A stretch of 64,000 bases of DNA from Octopus vulgaris (Eukaryota), in NCBI GenBank assembly GCA_951406725.2, contig OX597814.1:214954001-215018000 (forward strand), written 5' to 3'. This document shows positions 41,661 through 56,407 of the stretch, one piece after another. How positions within the stretch are numbered: the stretch's first letter is position 1; the number at the start of each line of letters is the position of its first letter. The notes under the pieces are model-generated. The model saw only the letters and a list, made by a program, of their open reading frames with translations. It searched no databases and had not been told where the DNA came from. The translations under genes were made by a program, and so were the position numbers.

Positions 41661-42199
41661 AGTCCAATACTTGACTGCTAAAAGCTTTGTATCACCAGTA
41701 AACTAAATTACAAAGTTGATCTTGGTGGTATTTGAATTTAGAACAGTTATGCAACTAAATACATACGACATACGGATTTGTTTGGCATTGCACTGTGCGA
41801 GTTCTGAAAGCCAAGAAAGCCAAGAAAGCCCACTTCTAGAAACTCCAATGAACTTGTATTGTTCTAATAAATATCATTGCCCTGAGTCCTTTGTGACCCC
41901 TGACCTATGACTACACTTTCAGTCAGTCTATCTACCCAAGGACATGCACCACTCATATTCACCTCACAGTACAGTTTCCGAAAATAAGCACGTCCCTACC
42001 CAGCTCCGAGTTCCCCTTTAAGTGAATGAACGTTTGACTTAAAGTGAATTAACGTTTGAGCCGGGAAGAAAGACTCTTCTCAGTTCCGCTAATCGTGCTA
42101 ACCACACTACCTCCCCCCCCCCCATAACTATCAGATGAAGGTAAATTACATGTCTTTCTTTCCAGAGATAGATTTTCAAGAAGAAATCCTCAAACAGGT

Positions 42200-42900
42200 A
42201 TCATAATCCACATTTAGGCGATGTTCGGAGTGTGAACAAGTGTGCGGAGTCATCAGAAATACAGTGAGCGAGTAGTGGAGTCGTTGGAAACCAACAACGA
42301 TGTTGTTTACAATGAAATAATACTCATTACGACATATTTCATTGGATGAAAGTTGTCCAAAATAGATTTCTCAGGAAGTAAACAGGTGTGTGTGGCACTA
42401 ACGATGCTACACAGGACAACAGGACCAAATTATTTGCAAGGTCATTGGCTAAAATACTTATCTCTACCTTTAGCAGCTATACACCCGGAAGTTTAAAAGA
42501 TACCCTCTTCCCCACCTCCTATTTCAACAAAGGGTCACATACTAAAAATACTCCCAGTCTGTTAAGAAGACAGTAACTATCAAGTATGGCATTTAACTAC
42601 AAATCTCATAAAACAAACCATCCTTAACATCATGATTTGCCGGTCGTAGGATCACGTACTTCCCGTAATCTCAGATGTCGTTATAGATTTTTTCGCAGAT
42701 CATCACTGCTTCAAGTAGGAGTTCCAGCAAGCCAGTGAAGTTAGTATTGGACCCTGCAGTTTATCCATAATAGTCGGGAAAACCGCAGACATCTATTTTG
42801 ATGATCATTTGACCATCGTCCATCAAAATTCTGTTGTCACTTGGCGCCCATTCCACTTGGGCCCATCGACCAGCTTTCTCTTATACTTAGTCCCGTGAAC
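42200..42900 (-). pseudogene. Decayed CR1/L2-type reverse transcriptase
   Basis: Remnants in the expected order: ILANDL (YINDL), then HCISDDS (YADDS). Confidence 0.45.
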
Positions 42901-42997
42901 GCCGAATTGAATCGCGAAATATTTGTGTTTCGGGTTCAGGAAATAGTCGAGAGATAGTAGCGCTTTGAGCACGTTGGAAATTATGCCTCTTCAAATA

Positions 42998-43228
42998 TAT
43001 TTCTTTACTACCCACAAAGGGCTAAACACAGAGGGGACAAACAAGGACAGACAGAGGGATTAAGTCGATTACATCGACCCCAGTGCGTAACTGGTACTTA
43101 ATTTATCGACCCCGAAAGGTTGAAAGGTAAAGTCGACCTCGGCAGAATTTGAACTCAGAACGTAACGGCAGACGAAATACGGCTACGGATTTCGCCCGGC
43201 GTGCTAACGTTTCTGCCAGCTCGCCGCC
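42998..43228 (-). mobile_element. SINE family B with TSD
   Basis: (GCC)TCTTCAAATA at 42985-42997 and 43226-43238. Confidence 0.95.
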
Positions 43229-44465
43229 TCTTCAAATAGCCTTTTCTGATCTACCTACATGCTCTCCTTTCAGTGTGTTTTTCTCGGTCGTTACGTCCTT
43301 TATAAGCTCTTTCGATTGTACTCTGATTTTTATCTTTCGCAAAATGCACTACCTGCTTCTTACAGCGTAATTGGGGTTGTAGATGACGCTGCAGCTGTTA
43401 CTGGCTATAAGGCTGTTTCCATTGTTTCCGCTGGCATTGTGGCAATGCTGTTGACAGCAAGATGGCCCCTTTGTATATATTTCTTTTCCCTTTTGATAAT
43501 TAGTGAATGATATGTAAAGTACTTTGTGCTTCCCACCACACTACACGTTGTGGTACGAAGAATAACTTTTCCTATTTATGTAAATGTCTGTACTGACAAC
43601 GGCATGTTCAGCTTTCAGTAATTAGAACTTAGTATATCAGTTGACTGTGCATAATTATACGGTATTATCCAACAATCCGAAAGTGGAAATCATACGCTAT
43701 CTCTTTCAGCTAATCCAGATATAATCCCTTTGAATACAATTTAGATGACACAATGCAGTTTCGGTAAATTCGCATTAACACATCCTGGATCCAGGTAATG
43801 CCTGTCAGATTGTTATTGTTGCCCGAACAGACAAGCGAGACTTCTGTAATTACATCCTATCGTTTACTTCCACAGGATCCCAGCTTCTATCTAAAATGTC
43901 ACTCTAATCATCCACTAAGAATCATAAGAAGGATGTATGGAGAAATGTTCCCAAAATGCATGAAGAATACAGGCCGCCCAGCCTTAGTCGAAACATACAA
44001 GACGATAATATTAAGATATGATCTTCCCTTTTGTTTATGTTTAAAACCCATCAACCTGCGAAATGGGTCCTGGAATATCGTCTTCATATCGAAATTCATG
44101 TCTGTCCGGAACAATATTATCACCGATATCGGACAGATTGAAGAGTAAACGTTTTAGTCAAGTAGAAAAATGCATGCGTCCTAAAATCCTAATCTCGTTG
44201 GCAGTTACTGCATCTCTTGAATAAACCTTAAATCTTTTAACAAGTGTCTTGATGCTAAACCGAGCCCAAGCCACGTGTAAATAGACATACCTCTTAACAT
44301 AGATATGCTGGACATAGGAAAAGTGCGACCGGCCACTTAGTTTTTTATTTCTATTAGAACGAGTAATCAAGCATTTTAGGCGTCATCACGGAAAATAGCA
44401 AAATTAGAATTAACAAGAACAGCTACAAACTCTCCTGAATATCACTGGCGTCCGCAAGGACAACA

Positions 44466-44850
44466 GTAGTAGGAGCACTCCGTCGGTTTCGACGATGAGG
44501 GTCCCAGCTGATACGATCAACGGAACAGCTTGCTCATGATATTAACGTGCAAGTGGCTGAGCACTCCACAGACACGTGTACCCTTAACGTAGTTCTCGAG
44601 GAGATTCAGCGTGACACAGAGTGTGACAAGGCTGGCCCTTTGAAATACAGGTACAAGAGAAACAGGAAGAAAGAGCGAGAGAAAGTTGTGGTGAAAGAGT
44701 ACAGCAGGGTTCACCACCCCCTGCCGGAGCCTCGTGGAGCTTTAGGTGTTTTCGCTCAATAAACATTCACAATGCCCGGTGTGGGAATCGAAACCGCGAT
44801 CCTCCGACCGCGAGTCCGCTGCCCTAACCACTGGGCCATTGCGCCTCCAC
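44466..44850 (-). mobile_element. SINE family C (tail type 1) with TSD
   Basis: CAAGGACAACA at 44455-44465 and 44850-44860. Confidence 0.94.
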
Positions 44851-45469
44851 AAGGACAACAACAAGTTAATGGATCATATCAAGCATCAATAGAGGACAGA
44901 TTGAAACTCCTGAAAAAGCTCCATAAAAACCTCCGGTGAGAATCGCACTAGAAGTATGTAGAACAACGAGAAAATTTTCTACATGAAAGTTATTCATTTC
45001 CTTTAAGCTTTATTGTAGTTTTATATAATTCATCGACACAGTGTTTTTTTTTCCCATTGATCTGACGCTTGTGAAATCGAGGAGTGTCTGTTGATATTGT
45101 TGCTGTTAGCGTTATTTTTGTTTAACCATTATTATTAGTATTGTTGTTGTTGAAGCTGTTTGTTCTTCCTTTCGTTTGTTGCTAACTGACTTTTTTTTTT
45201 AGTATTGTTGATGTTACCAATGCTGTGGTCATTGTTGTTTTCATCTTTGAAGGTGTTTAATTGGCTGACCCTGTTGTCTCTCATCTTCCTTTTCTGTGAC
45301 GCTCAACACAAACTTTCGAATTTTGAGGATTGGACATCCCTCCCATCACATTGAGTTCCTCTGAAAATATGTTATCACTTAATAAGTAGATGGTAGGCAG
45401 AGATACGTTTATTTATTAGGAGCGGGATTCGGAGGAAAGGTCTCTGTCTGTTGTCTTTGAAGGCTCTTC

Positions 45470-46130
45470 AAAACAGTTAAAGTTCCTTTTAAAAAGCTCT
45501 AAGTTGAAAACTTCAGGGAAAACAGGGGCAGAGAAGAAATTCAAAAAGTCCGACGTTCTAGTGAGGAATGACTAGGTGTAGTGATTAAGGAGATTGAGAG
45601 ATGGAGGAGGAGAGTGAGTCGTGAGTGCTTGAGTGGGAGAGGCACAGGATCAACCAGGTTTAAGGTGAAGATACTATTGTAGTAGCAGTAGAAAAAGAAG
45701 AGTGGGGTAACATCACCAGTGGGCCAGAGGTTGGTGTTTGTTAGCGAACGACTTTAGGTCAACCAATCAGTTGTTTTATTTGTATAGACAATCTGTGTAC
45801 TTTTAGTACCGTTCCAGACGTGGGAGTTGAACTCCATTGTGGTTCTCATTCGAGTTTTATAACGACTCAATAGTTGTGAGCTGAAGTAATTTTTAGCCCA
45901 GAAGATGAAGATCAGTCTTTGTGGTACAGTTTCTGTTATGATTAGAATTTACATTCGCTTCAGTTTTGCTGTGGACCAGCCGTTGTAGTGAGTATGAGGT
46001 TGTAACTGGATTGTGTACGATATTTATTTTGCTATGCTCAATGATTATGTATTTGTCCTAATAGTATTGGGATAACTCCAATGGAGAAGGTTTACAAGGT
46101 TTCTCTTCATGGAATTACTGTAGGTTTGGT
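45470..46130 (-). pseudogene. Decayed 3' end of a CR1/L2-type LINE ORF2
   Basis: LLSRYKTRMRTTMEFNSHVWNG resembles LYK..RP.LEY.S.IW; also QPLAHW and LELFK. Confidence 0.6.
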
Positions 46131-46145
46131 GTGATAATATTAACT

Positions 46146-46373
46146 GGCGAGCTGGCAGAACCGTTAGCACGCCGGGTGAAATGCGCAGCCGTATTTTGTC
46201 TGTCGTTACGTTCCGAGTTCAAATTTCGCCGAGGTCGACTTTGCCTTTCATCCTTTCGGGGTCGATAAATTAAGTACCAGTTACGCACTGGGGTCGATGT
46301 AATCGAATTAATCCCTTTGTCTCTCCTTGTTTGTCCCCTCTGTGTTTAGCCCCTTGTGGGCAATAAAGAAATA
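46146..46373 (+). mobile_element. SINE family B with TSD
   Basis: Flanks AATATTAACT and AATATCAACT. Confidence 0.93.
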
Positions 46374-47529
46374 AATATCAACTGGGGTTGGAAATGACGT
46401 TGCTGTTGTTGCTGGTATGAGACTGTTTCCTTTCGTTAATTGGTGAATGATATGTGAAGCACATTGGCTTCCTACCGCAGGAATATTTTTTTCTATCTGG
46501 AGATGGCCTGGGAATTTTTTGAGGTTCTAACATGTTACCACAAGCCGGAATAAACTATATAAAGTAAAGTAATGTAATCTATCTGTTATGATCTGTTCCG
46601 TCACGGAACAGACTCGCAGAGCTTGCGCGTGACAGAATCGAATGAAGACTCTGTAGTGTTTTGATGCAGACTGGCTCTTATAATTGAACCAATGAAGCCA
46701 CCTACTTCAATGCCTTATCTCAGAGCGCCAAATACATCAGTAAATTTATTTTGATATTCTTTATTCTCATAGCAATTTATTTATATATCATTAAACACTA
46801 TTCAGCTATTCGTACATATTTCATTATAGATATGATTAAATTCGAAATATAGTTCAAAGTTTGAGGACTTGTGTATGTGATCTTCGCTAAACACTACTTG
46901 GCAGTGTCAACCAGAATAAAACCCAAACCATTGGGGAATGTGCAAAAATAACTTGGTTATACCGAATGACCAAAACGAATGAATAAAAAAGTGTCTAAAA
47001 GTAGGTTATTATAGATAAGGTTATTATTATAGATTACTGTTTTCACCTCACAACGCCCTCGTTTACTTAATGCTAGCATTAAGCTAGCATTGCTGAAGAT
47101 TTAAAGAAAAAATTCAAGAACAAGAATATGATTATTTATTTGATAGTTTTTGGAAAAGAAATTTATGGAAGGAAATGTATGTCTATCCTGTCAAGAGGTA
47201 AATACATGTTACAAGATGTAATGACAGTCACGATGCATTTCGAAAAGATGCTTATCTTCCTCATTTTTACGTCGCTGCTTTCCATTAGCCATCTCCACAC
47301 GTTCTTTGAAAACGAAATCGTATTTTTTCGAAAAAACAAAAAACATAAATATATAAAAAATATGGGAAGCGGTATACAAAATAACTATTTTGAAGTATTT
47401 CTTATCCGCTTCAATCATTCAGGATGGGCAAATTATTTCGTACATTTCCCACTACTATTGATTTCACAATTAACATCACTTTCTTCCAACTTTATTATAT
47501 AGCTGCTCGGACAGAAGCACACCTGTTTC

Positions 47530-48410
47530 AAAGGCGGGGGTCGATAGTCACCTAGGAGCTATTTTCAATGATCATTTCAGGGGCCAAGACTTAAGGCACT
47601 GTACATCCTTATGTATTCTATCTGCATCATCCCTGGAATTTGACGGGAGGAAGCCCAATTGGAAACAGATCCTTGATGAAGTCAAGAGGGCAAGAGCAGG
47701 TTCCGCTTCTAGACCTAGCAGGTACCTTTCAAGTCGTATAAGAACTGCCCAAATGTGCTTAACAGGCTCCGAAGGTTTCTGATGGTGATTTGGAGAAAAG
47801 GCAAGGTGGTCCGGAGGCAAGGAGGCACGTAGAAGAAGAGTGAATTCCGAAGGAGGAAAATCAAAGACTAATAGTCAGTTTAGATTAATCTCACTACTCA
47901 ATATTGAAAGAAATAATACTCTTCGGCTTGTTGCTAGGCACCTAGCCGGCTACCTATCGAAGAATTTCTACATTATACTTCAGTTCAGAAATGAGTTATC
48001 CCACAGGTACCAGGGTGCCTATAGATCCATTCAAGGAGGCGAATGAAAGTAAAGAAATATGCTGAGCTGGTAGAGAGATGCCAAAGCAATGGGTGGCAAG
48101 CAGGGTATGATCCTATCGAGGTGGGTTGAGTAGAAGTTTCTGGTTCAGTCGCTCTGCAGAGCTCATAAGATGCTGCTCATTACAGAGGCCAGTTGGTGGA
48201 AAGCCATCACGTTGGTTGTGGAAGCATCAAGGTGGTCGTGGATCGGAAGGTATGAGCTCTGGAAGAGGCAGTGTTGTCAGGAGCAACGCTAACTGGACTC
48301 AAGCTGGGACTGAGTCGATCAGTCCTGGTTGAGCCGCCTTGGTGAGGGTGTTTGATTGTCAAATGACCTCAGGAAACATCGCTAATGATGTGTCCAGATG
48401 CATTCCTGGA
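47530..48410 (+). mobile_element. Internally deleted HERO-clade RLE non-LTR retrotransposon
   Basis: KPNWKQILDEVKRARAGSA, YKNCPNVL, VIWRKGKV, IPKEE, QFRLISLLNIE, TSVQK*VIPQVPGCL, then directly EANE..KYAELVERCQSNGWQAGYDPIEVG; HERO-like 3' UTR ending ACATCGCTAATGATGTGTCC. Confidence 0.8.
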
Positions 48411-48435
48411 TAATGTATGGAAAAGCTCTTTTTTT

Positions 48436-48870
<435 letters not shown>

Positions 48871-49916
48871 TATATCGTTCGATCAATCGATCTCGGATGG
48901 TGTCTGCAATGACCGAAGCGCTACACAATATGACCCAGTGAAGTATTCCGCTCACCCCATCTTTTGAGGCGGCTATCGTAGTGGCAGATGATAGCCTAAT
49001 AGCTCACTTTGTTTTTTCGGACCACTTCTTTCGGGTTATGTAATTTGACGAATGAATCAAACTTTGCGTCGTTCTTTTTATTGTTTTTTTTTATAGTTGG
49101 TAGTGTTGCTGGTGGTATGTATGGCTTCCATTATTATTAATGGAAATATGAATCTTATTTGCTGTTGGTTGCAGCGAATGCAGTAACGACGACATCTGTC
49201 AGTTACATTGTTATTGTTATTTTCAACCTGGTCATTGGCAGGAGCTGGTAATTTTCACTGTAGTAGTGTCGGCGGCAACGGCTGCTTTAGGGCTGTTATT
49301 GTTACTGTAGTCATAGTTGCTTTTTGCTTCTAGCACTGTCACATTCTGTGTGAAGCTTAATGTTTTCGTTGAGTGTTGGTTCTGTTGCTGGTACTGTTGC
49401 TGGCGTTGCTATTATTGTTGTTAGCGTTGTTGTTGTTGCTGTACAATGTAGTGGTGAGGGCATGAGGTGTGTGTTTGTCTAGTTCATGATAACGTGGAGT
49501 GTTTTCTGTGTCATGTGCAGCAATACTGATGATGTTGCCTGCCTTCACTGTTGCTGGTGTTAGCAGTGGTGACATTGCAGTGTTTACTGTTGTTTTTGTT
49601 TAAACTCAAGTCAAACCTGAACAAACCGACATCAAATGAAAGGCGGCCATCCTATTTTTTTTTCTTAAGTGTCGGAAACTCGAGACGACATTATACATGT
49701 CCTTTTCTAAGAAAAGAATTTGTGTAATTTGAGGGAGATTTGGCTGTTATTTCAAGGTCAAACAATCGAGTGTGGTAGCACCTACAATTGCTAGAAATGA
49801 GAGCTAAAAATATAACTCAAATAGCCACACACAATCGAGATATTCAGGGACTCCGGGCAGCAAACCACAACATCTTTCTTTGGTGAGATAAACTCACAGA
49901 ATAAAGTAGTTTGATA

Positions 49917-49976
49917 AAACCCAATCAAGTGATTTCGAAATTTAACCAACATGGTCTTGTTTCTCTTTATAGGTTT
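49917..49976 (-). ncRNA. More degenerate inverted copy of the 50334 hammerhead
   Basis: Reverse complement AAACCT-ATAAAGA-GAAA..TTTC-GAAA-TCACTTGA-TT-GGGTTT. Confidence 0.5.
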
Positions 49977-50333
49977 CTTCAATTTACTCCGGGTTAAAGA
50001 GATAACTTGCTTCCCATTTGCTCATGAGAGAGAGAAAAAAACCATTGAACAGCGATCGCTAAAATTCAAAACGGTTAAAGTGTATATAAAAAATACAATG
50101 AGATATTATAATAGTATATTAGTATATTATGATATATCAAATACATTATAATATAGATGGCTATAGCAATTAAAATCAAAAATGCAAAATTCCTAAATAA
50201 GGGAGTAAAATAGCGCCTGCAGTTGCTAGAAATGAGAGCTAAAAGCTATTTTAGGCCCCGAGGTTCAACGGTGTTCTTTCTCTCATGAGCAAATGGGAAG
50301 CAAGCTATCTCTTTAACCCAGAATAAATTGTGG

Positions 50334-50393
50334 AAACCCCTAACGAAAAACAAAACCATGTTTGTTAAATTTCGAAATCACGTGATAGGGTTT
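50334..50393 (+). ncRNA. Degenerate type-I hammerhead motif
   Basis: AAACCC-CTAACGA-AAAA..TTTC-GAAA-TCACGTGA-TA-GGGTTT. Confidence 0.65.
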
Positions 50394-50659
50394 TATCAAA
50401 CTGATTCATTCTGTGAGTTTATTTCGCCGAAGGAAGTTATGGCTTGCTGCTCGCAGTCCCTGAATATCTCATGAGGTTGATGATTTTGTATGGCTATTCG
50501 AGTTATACATTTTAGCTCTCATTTCTAGCAATTTCAGGTTCAATTTTGCACCCTCATGTAGGAATTTTGTCATTTTGGTTTTAATTGCTATATTATAATG
50601 TATTTAATACATCATAATGCATTAATCTACTATCATAGTATCATATATTTTTTATATAT

Positions 50660-50812
50660 GAATGTATGTATACGACGAGTTTCTTTTAGTTTCCGTCTAC
50701 CATATCCATTCACAAGGTCGACCCGAGACTATAGTAGAAAACACTTTCCCAAGGTGCCACGCAGTGGGATTGAAACCGGAACTATGTGGTTAGGAAGCAA
50801 GATTCTTATCAC
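50660..50812 (-). mobile_element. SINE family A, 5' half
   Basis: CCCAAGGTGCCACGCAGTGGGATTGAAACCGGAAC. Confidence 0.85.
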
Positions 50813-50952
50813 ACTTGATTGTTTCACCTGCTTGAAATAACAACCAAATCTCCCTCGAATTGCACAAATATTTTTCTTAGAAAAGAACATATTCTATAAT
50901 GTCGTCTCGAGTTTCCAACCTCTTAACATAGGTACGTTAACATATCTATGTT

Positions 50953-51035
<83 letters not shown>

Positions 51036-51037
<2 letters not shown>

Positions 51038-51250
51038 CAAATGTGACCGCGTGTGTATCGTTGTCGATTTTTTCCCTCCGTCTTCCCTTCCTTGGATCGT
51101 TCCTTTTTCTATGTTTCTGACGAAGAGCTCCGCTCGAAACGTTAAAACCTCCTTCTTTCTTTCCTTCCTGAGCGTCCAATAACACTATACTTGTTCCACG
51201 TCCACGCGTTGTTGTGTTCTCTCTTTGTGTTTTCATGTTTGGATTAACTC
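51036..51250 (+). mobile_element. ~210-bp hammerhead-bearing Penelope-like element between (TA)n tracts
   Basis: Related to 4643-4843 and 24501-24705. Confidence 0.72.
51113..51148 (+). ncRNA. Minimal type-I hammerhead ribozyme with an intact core
   Basis: GTTT-CTGACGA-A-GAGC(TCC)GCTC-GAAA-CGT-TA-AAAC; palindromic AACGTT helix III. Confidence 0.8.
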
Positions 51251-51262
51251 TCTCTATATATA

Positions 51263-51493
51263 TATTTCTTTACTACCCACAAGGGGCTAAACATAGAAGG
51301 GGAAAACAAGGACAGACAAACGGATTAAGTCGATTATATCGACCCCAGTGCGAAACTGGTACTTTATTTATCGACCCCGAAAGGATGAAAGGCAAAGTCG
51401 ACCTCGGCGGAATTTGAACTCAGAACGTAACGACAGACGAAATACCGCGAAGCATTTCGCCCGGCGCGCTAACGTTTCTGCCAGCTCGCCGCC
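51263..51493 (-). mobile_element. SINE family B, full length
   Basis: Complete consensus match. Confidence 0.93.
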
Positions 51494-51546
51494 CTTTAAC
51501 TATATATGTATAGGTGAGAAAGTTGGTGTGTGAAAGCACGTGGTTG

Positions 51547-51639
<93 letters not shown>

Positions 51640-51640
<1 letters not shown>

Positions 51641-51865
51641 TTTGTGTCTCTCTCCCCACCGACCATCGCTTGAAAACTGACATTGGTGTGTTTACGCCCC
51701 CGTAACTTAGCAGTTCGGCAAAAGAAACCGATAAAATAAATAATAGGCTTACAAAAAATAAGTCCTTGGGTCGATTTCTGTGTGTAAAAAAAAAAACAAA
51801 AACATCAGGGCGGTGCTCTAGCATGACCGCAGTCCCATGACTGAAACAAATAACAGAATAGAAGA
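51640..51865 (+). mobile_element. SINE family A, 3' half
   Basis: GGCGGTGCTCTAGCATGACCGCAGTCCCATGACTGAAACAA. Confidence 0.85.
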
Positions 51866-52203
51866 ATAACAGAACACCGATGGCGGTTTTACTAACGCCG
51901 TCGTCACATCTTTCCACCACCACCCCTTTTCTCTACCTCACCTCACCAGCTTGCTGCCATATGCTCTGATATGCAGTGGTGCAGCCCATCATCCATTTTC
52001 TTCTTGACGTTTAAACTGTTTACAATATTTTCTTTAAAGAATAAATTTTAAAAAAAACATTTCAACAATAAATTGCATCATCTTTCCTCCCTTAAGGCCA
52101 CCTCCTTAACGAGACTATAAATCAAACATTCCAGGTGGACAAAGTCAACAAGTGAAAACAATCGCAAGGAATGATGTAAAGCATGTTTCTCAATCCAGAG
52201 GCA

Positions 52204-52665
<462 letters not shown>

Positions 52666-52689
52666 TAGTTACTGAAGCAATGAAAGGAA

Positions 52690-53230
52690 TTGAAAGAACG
52701 ATGGGACAAACAGTTGTAAAGACAAAGATTTACCTGGCCATTTAGTGCGACAAACTGAGGAAACTGGAAGGGAAGAATGTCGGATGGTAGCTGAGAGATG
52801 AAAGAGAAACTGAACCAGTAATTATAGCCGCTCAGGAACATCCCATTAGAACGAATTTAATAGAAACAAAGATTGATAAAACTATGATAGCAACTACAAA
52901 ATATGTGAAAAAGGGGGACTAAAGTATTAACTATCTGCTAAACATTAGCAGTAAAAGAGTATTTGGGGATGTTAGCCAAGTTTGTGGATTCGAAGTGACG
53001 GAAAAGTGGCAGGAACACGAAGCAGAAGCTTTCTTGGGGAATGAAGGATAATTATAGGATTTTTAAGCAATCTCTATAGAGACTGGCCATACTATTGAAG
53101 CAAAGAGACCAAATATGATCGTGGAAGACAGGAAGAACAAACATTGTGAGATCATTGACTTTGTGATCTCATGTGATCGAAGAGTGGATATCACGGAAGC
53201 CAAGAAAACAAAAAAAGAAACAAAAGAACC
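52690..53230 (+). pseudogene. Decayed R4/Dong LINE C-terminal (RLE) fragment
   Basis: RETEPVIIAAQEHPIRTNLI..KID; HTIEAKRPNMIVEDRKNKHCEIIDFVISCDRRV. Confidence 0.8.
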
Positions 53231-53559
53231 CTGAGAAACATTAAAAAACAAAATCGCCACAAGCAGTGATTCATACCACCTCTATTCACCAGCGACGTAT
53301 AATACAGCTTTTATACATCACATACGAAACACAATCACCATCCAACAAACAAATCTGTAAAGCAAACAAACGAAAAACCATAAAGAAATAATAACCACAA
53401 ACAAAGAAAAATAAAGCCCAGTACAAAGCAAACACGATATAACATGCAAACATAATTGTACGCTCCCAGATGACATAGCGAAGCACATATTTCAGGAACA
53501 CGATAATGCATCTAGTGGCGCAGTAAAAATTCGCATGGAACAGTCTTTTTTTTCTTTTT

Positions 53560-53768
53560 CTTTTTACTTGTTTCAGTCATTTGACTGCGGCCATGCTGGA
53601 GCACCGCCTTTAGTCGATCGAGCAAATCGACCCCGGGACTTATTTTTTTTGTAAGCACAGTACTTATTCTATCGGTCTCTTTTTGCCGAACCGTTAAGTG
53701 ACGGGGACGTCAACACACCAGCATCGGTTGTCATGCAATGCTAGGGGGACAAACACAGACACACATAC

Positions 53769-53834
<66 letters not shown>

Positions 53835-53984
53835 GACAGGCTTCTTTCAGTTTCCGTCTACCAAATCCACTCACAAGGCATTGGTCGGCCAGGGGCTATA
53901 GCAAAAGACACTTGCCCAAGATGCCACTCAGTGGGACTGAACCCGGAACCATGTGGTTGGTAGGCAAGCTACTTACCAAAAAGC
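53560..53984 (-). mobile_element. SINE family A, full length
   Basis: Consensus match. Confidence 0.92.
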
Positions 53985-54054
53985 AACATGTAAAAAATTA
54001 GTGATAATCACAGCAACAGCAGCGACAAAAGCAGCAGCGGCAACAACGGCAGCA

Positions 54055-54525
54055 GTGGAGGCCCAGTGGTTAGGGCAGCGGACTCGCGGTCGTAAGAACG
54101 CGGTTTCGATTCCCAGACCGGGCATTGTGAGTGTTTATTGATCAAAAACACCTAAGCTCCACGAGGCTCGGGCGGGGGTGGGGAGGTGAACCCCGTTGTA
54201 CTCTTTCACCACAACTTTCTCTCATTCTTTGTTCCTACTCCTGCCACAAAGCAGAGGAACCATGGTGTAACCCACTACGGTGTGGTAAACTTTCAGACCC
54301 TAGTCTAGATTGCGAATCCTCTGTACCCCAGGATGGTTCAGCTCTCCACCCGTTAAAAGCCACCGTTTACGGAATGAGGATAACAACGTAGCTTTCGCGC
54401 CCGTGCAACCGCCAGTCTATTGCTTGTGGAGGGTGGATCTTCAAGTTGCCACACGCATTCTTAGTAGCTTAGAGTCGGCTCGAATTAGAGATTATTCTTT
54501 GTGGCTAATGGCGTGAGTCTTGATT
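54055..54525 (+). mobile_element. SINE family C head with a third 3' region ending in (GAA)n
   Basis: Head and body at 54055-54230 match the other C copies; 54230-54525 is unrelated to their tails. Confidence 0.7.
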
Positions 54526-54691
54526 AGAAGAAGAAGAAGAAGATGAAGACGAAGTAGAAGAAGAAGAAGAAGTCGAAGAAGAAGAAGAAGAAGAAGAAGA
54601 AGAAGAAGAAGAAGAAGAAGAAGAAGAAGAAGAAGAAGAAGAAGAAGACAACAGCAGCAGCAGCAGAAACAACAACAGCAACAATAATATA

Positions 54692-55070
54692 TTTTATCTT
54701 TTACTTGCTTCAGTCATTGGACTGCGTCCATGCTGGGGCATTTGCCTTGAAGGTCTTAATTGAACAAATCGATTCCCATACGATTCAAAAGTCTGTACTT
54801 ATTCTATCGTTTTTTTTTTTGCCGAACTGCTAGTAGGCGGTGAGGTAAACAGACTAACACCGGTTATCAAGCGCGGGTGGGGAGGTGACAAACACATACA
54901 CATTCACACACACACATGCACGATGGGCTTTCAGTTACCGTCAGCCCGATCCACCCACGAGACTTTGGTTCGCCCGAGGTTATAGCAGTAGACACAGGTC
55001 CGATGTGCCGTGCAGTCGGACTGAGCAGAAAACCATGTGGTTGAGAAGCAAACATCTTACCATATAGCCA
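54692..55070 (-). mobile_element. SINE family A, older copy
   Basis: Degenerate tail and head. Confidence 0.8.
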
Positions 55071-55811
<741 letters not shown>

Positions 55812-55813
55812 TG

Positions 55814-56360
55814 CCCTGATGCAGTACCAGGCAATGGCTCTCATGGCTTCTGATCTTAACTGATTGGAAGTGTTATCATGTACATTGTTTTGTCTTGGTA
55901 TAAAAGATGGGCTACAGCAAATATTCTGCTCAATACCACAGATTTGCTCGTCAGTTGTTTGACCGTAACCAGTTGAGCATGTCCCTTGGTGGCTGACGAT
56001 ATGTGCATCTCTGATCATGAGCAGAAGTAGTAGGGGAGCATCATAGCCATGTGTTGAGGGGAATTTTGCGGGGTTTGAATAATTCATCTCTGGAGACACG
56101 GGTGTTTCGTTCATCTTTCTTAAACAACCTTTATTCTGGGACCTTTTGAGCGGGATGGGCTACTCGACCTGAAGAAAATTCTAATTGGAGCCCATCTGCA
56201 AGGTCATGCGCTGCCTATCTTGATGTGAGATCACCATGTCGCGTACTTGTGGCTGTGATGCATATGCCTGGTGTTCCCTTAGACGGGTACTCAAGATGGG
56301 TATATTGGGCTTCGTATATTTGTACTCCAGTGTCACTTTGATTGCATGTGCTACTCTCTC
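55814..56360 (+). mobile_element. ~545-bp non-coding element with (TAA)n on both sides, copy 2
   Basis: Colinear with 20453-20978. Confidence 0.87.
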
Positions 56361-56407
56361 AATAATAATAATGATAACAATAATAATAATAACAATGAAT
56401 AATAATT

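Larger units (their letters stand above)
49665..50926. repeat. ~1.26-kb imperfect palindromic structure containing two inverted hammerhead-bearing units
   Basis: Outer arms 49665-49774 and 50810-50926; inner A 49787-50065 versus 50247-50532; inner B 50080-50245 versus 50510-50660. Confidence 0.85.
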
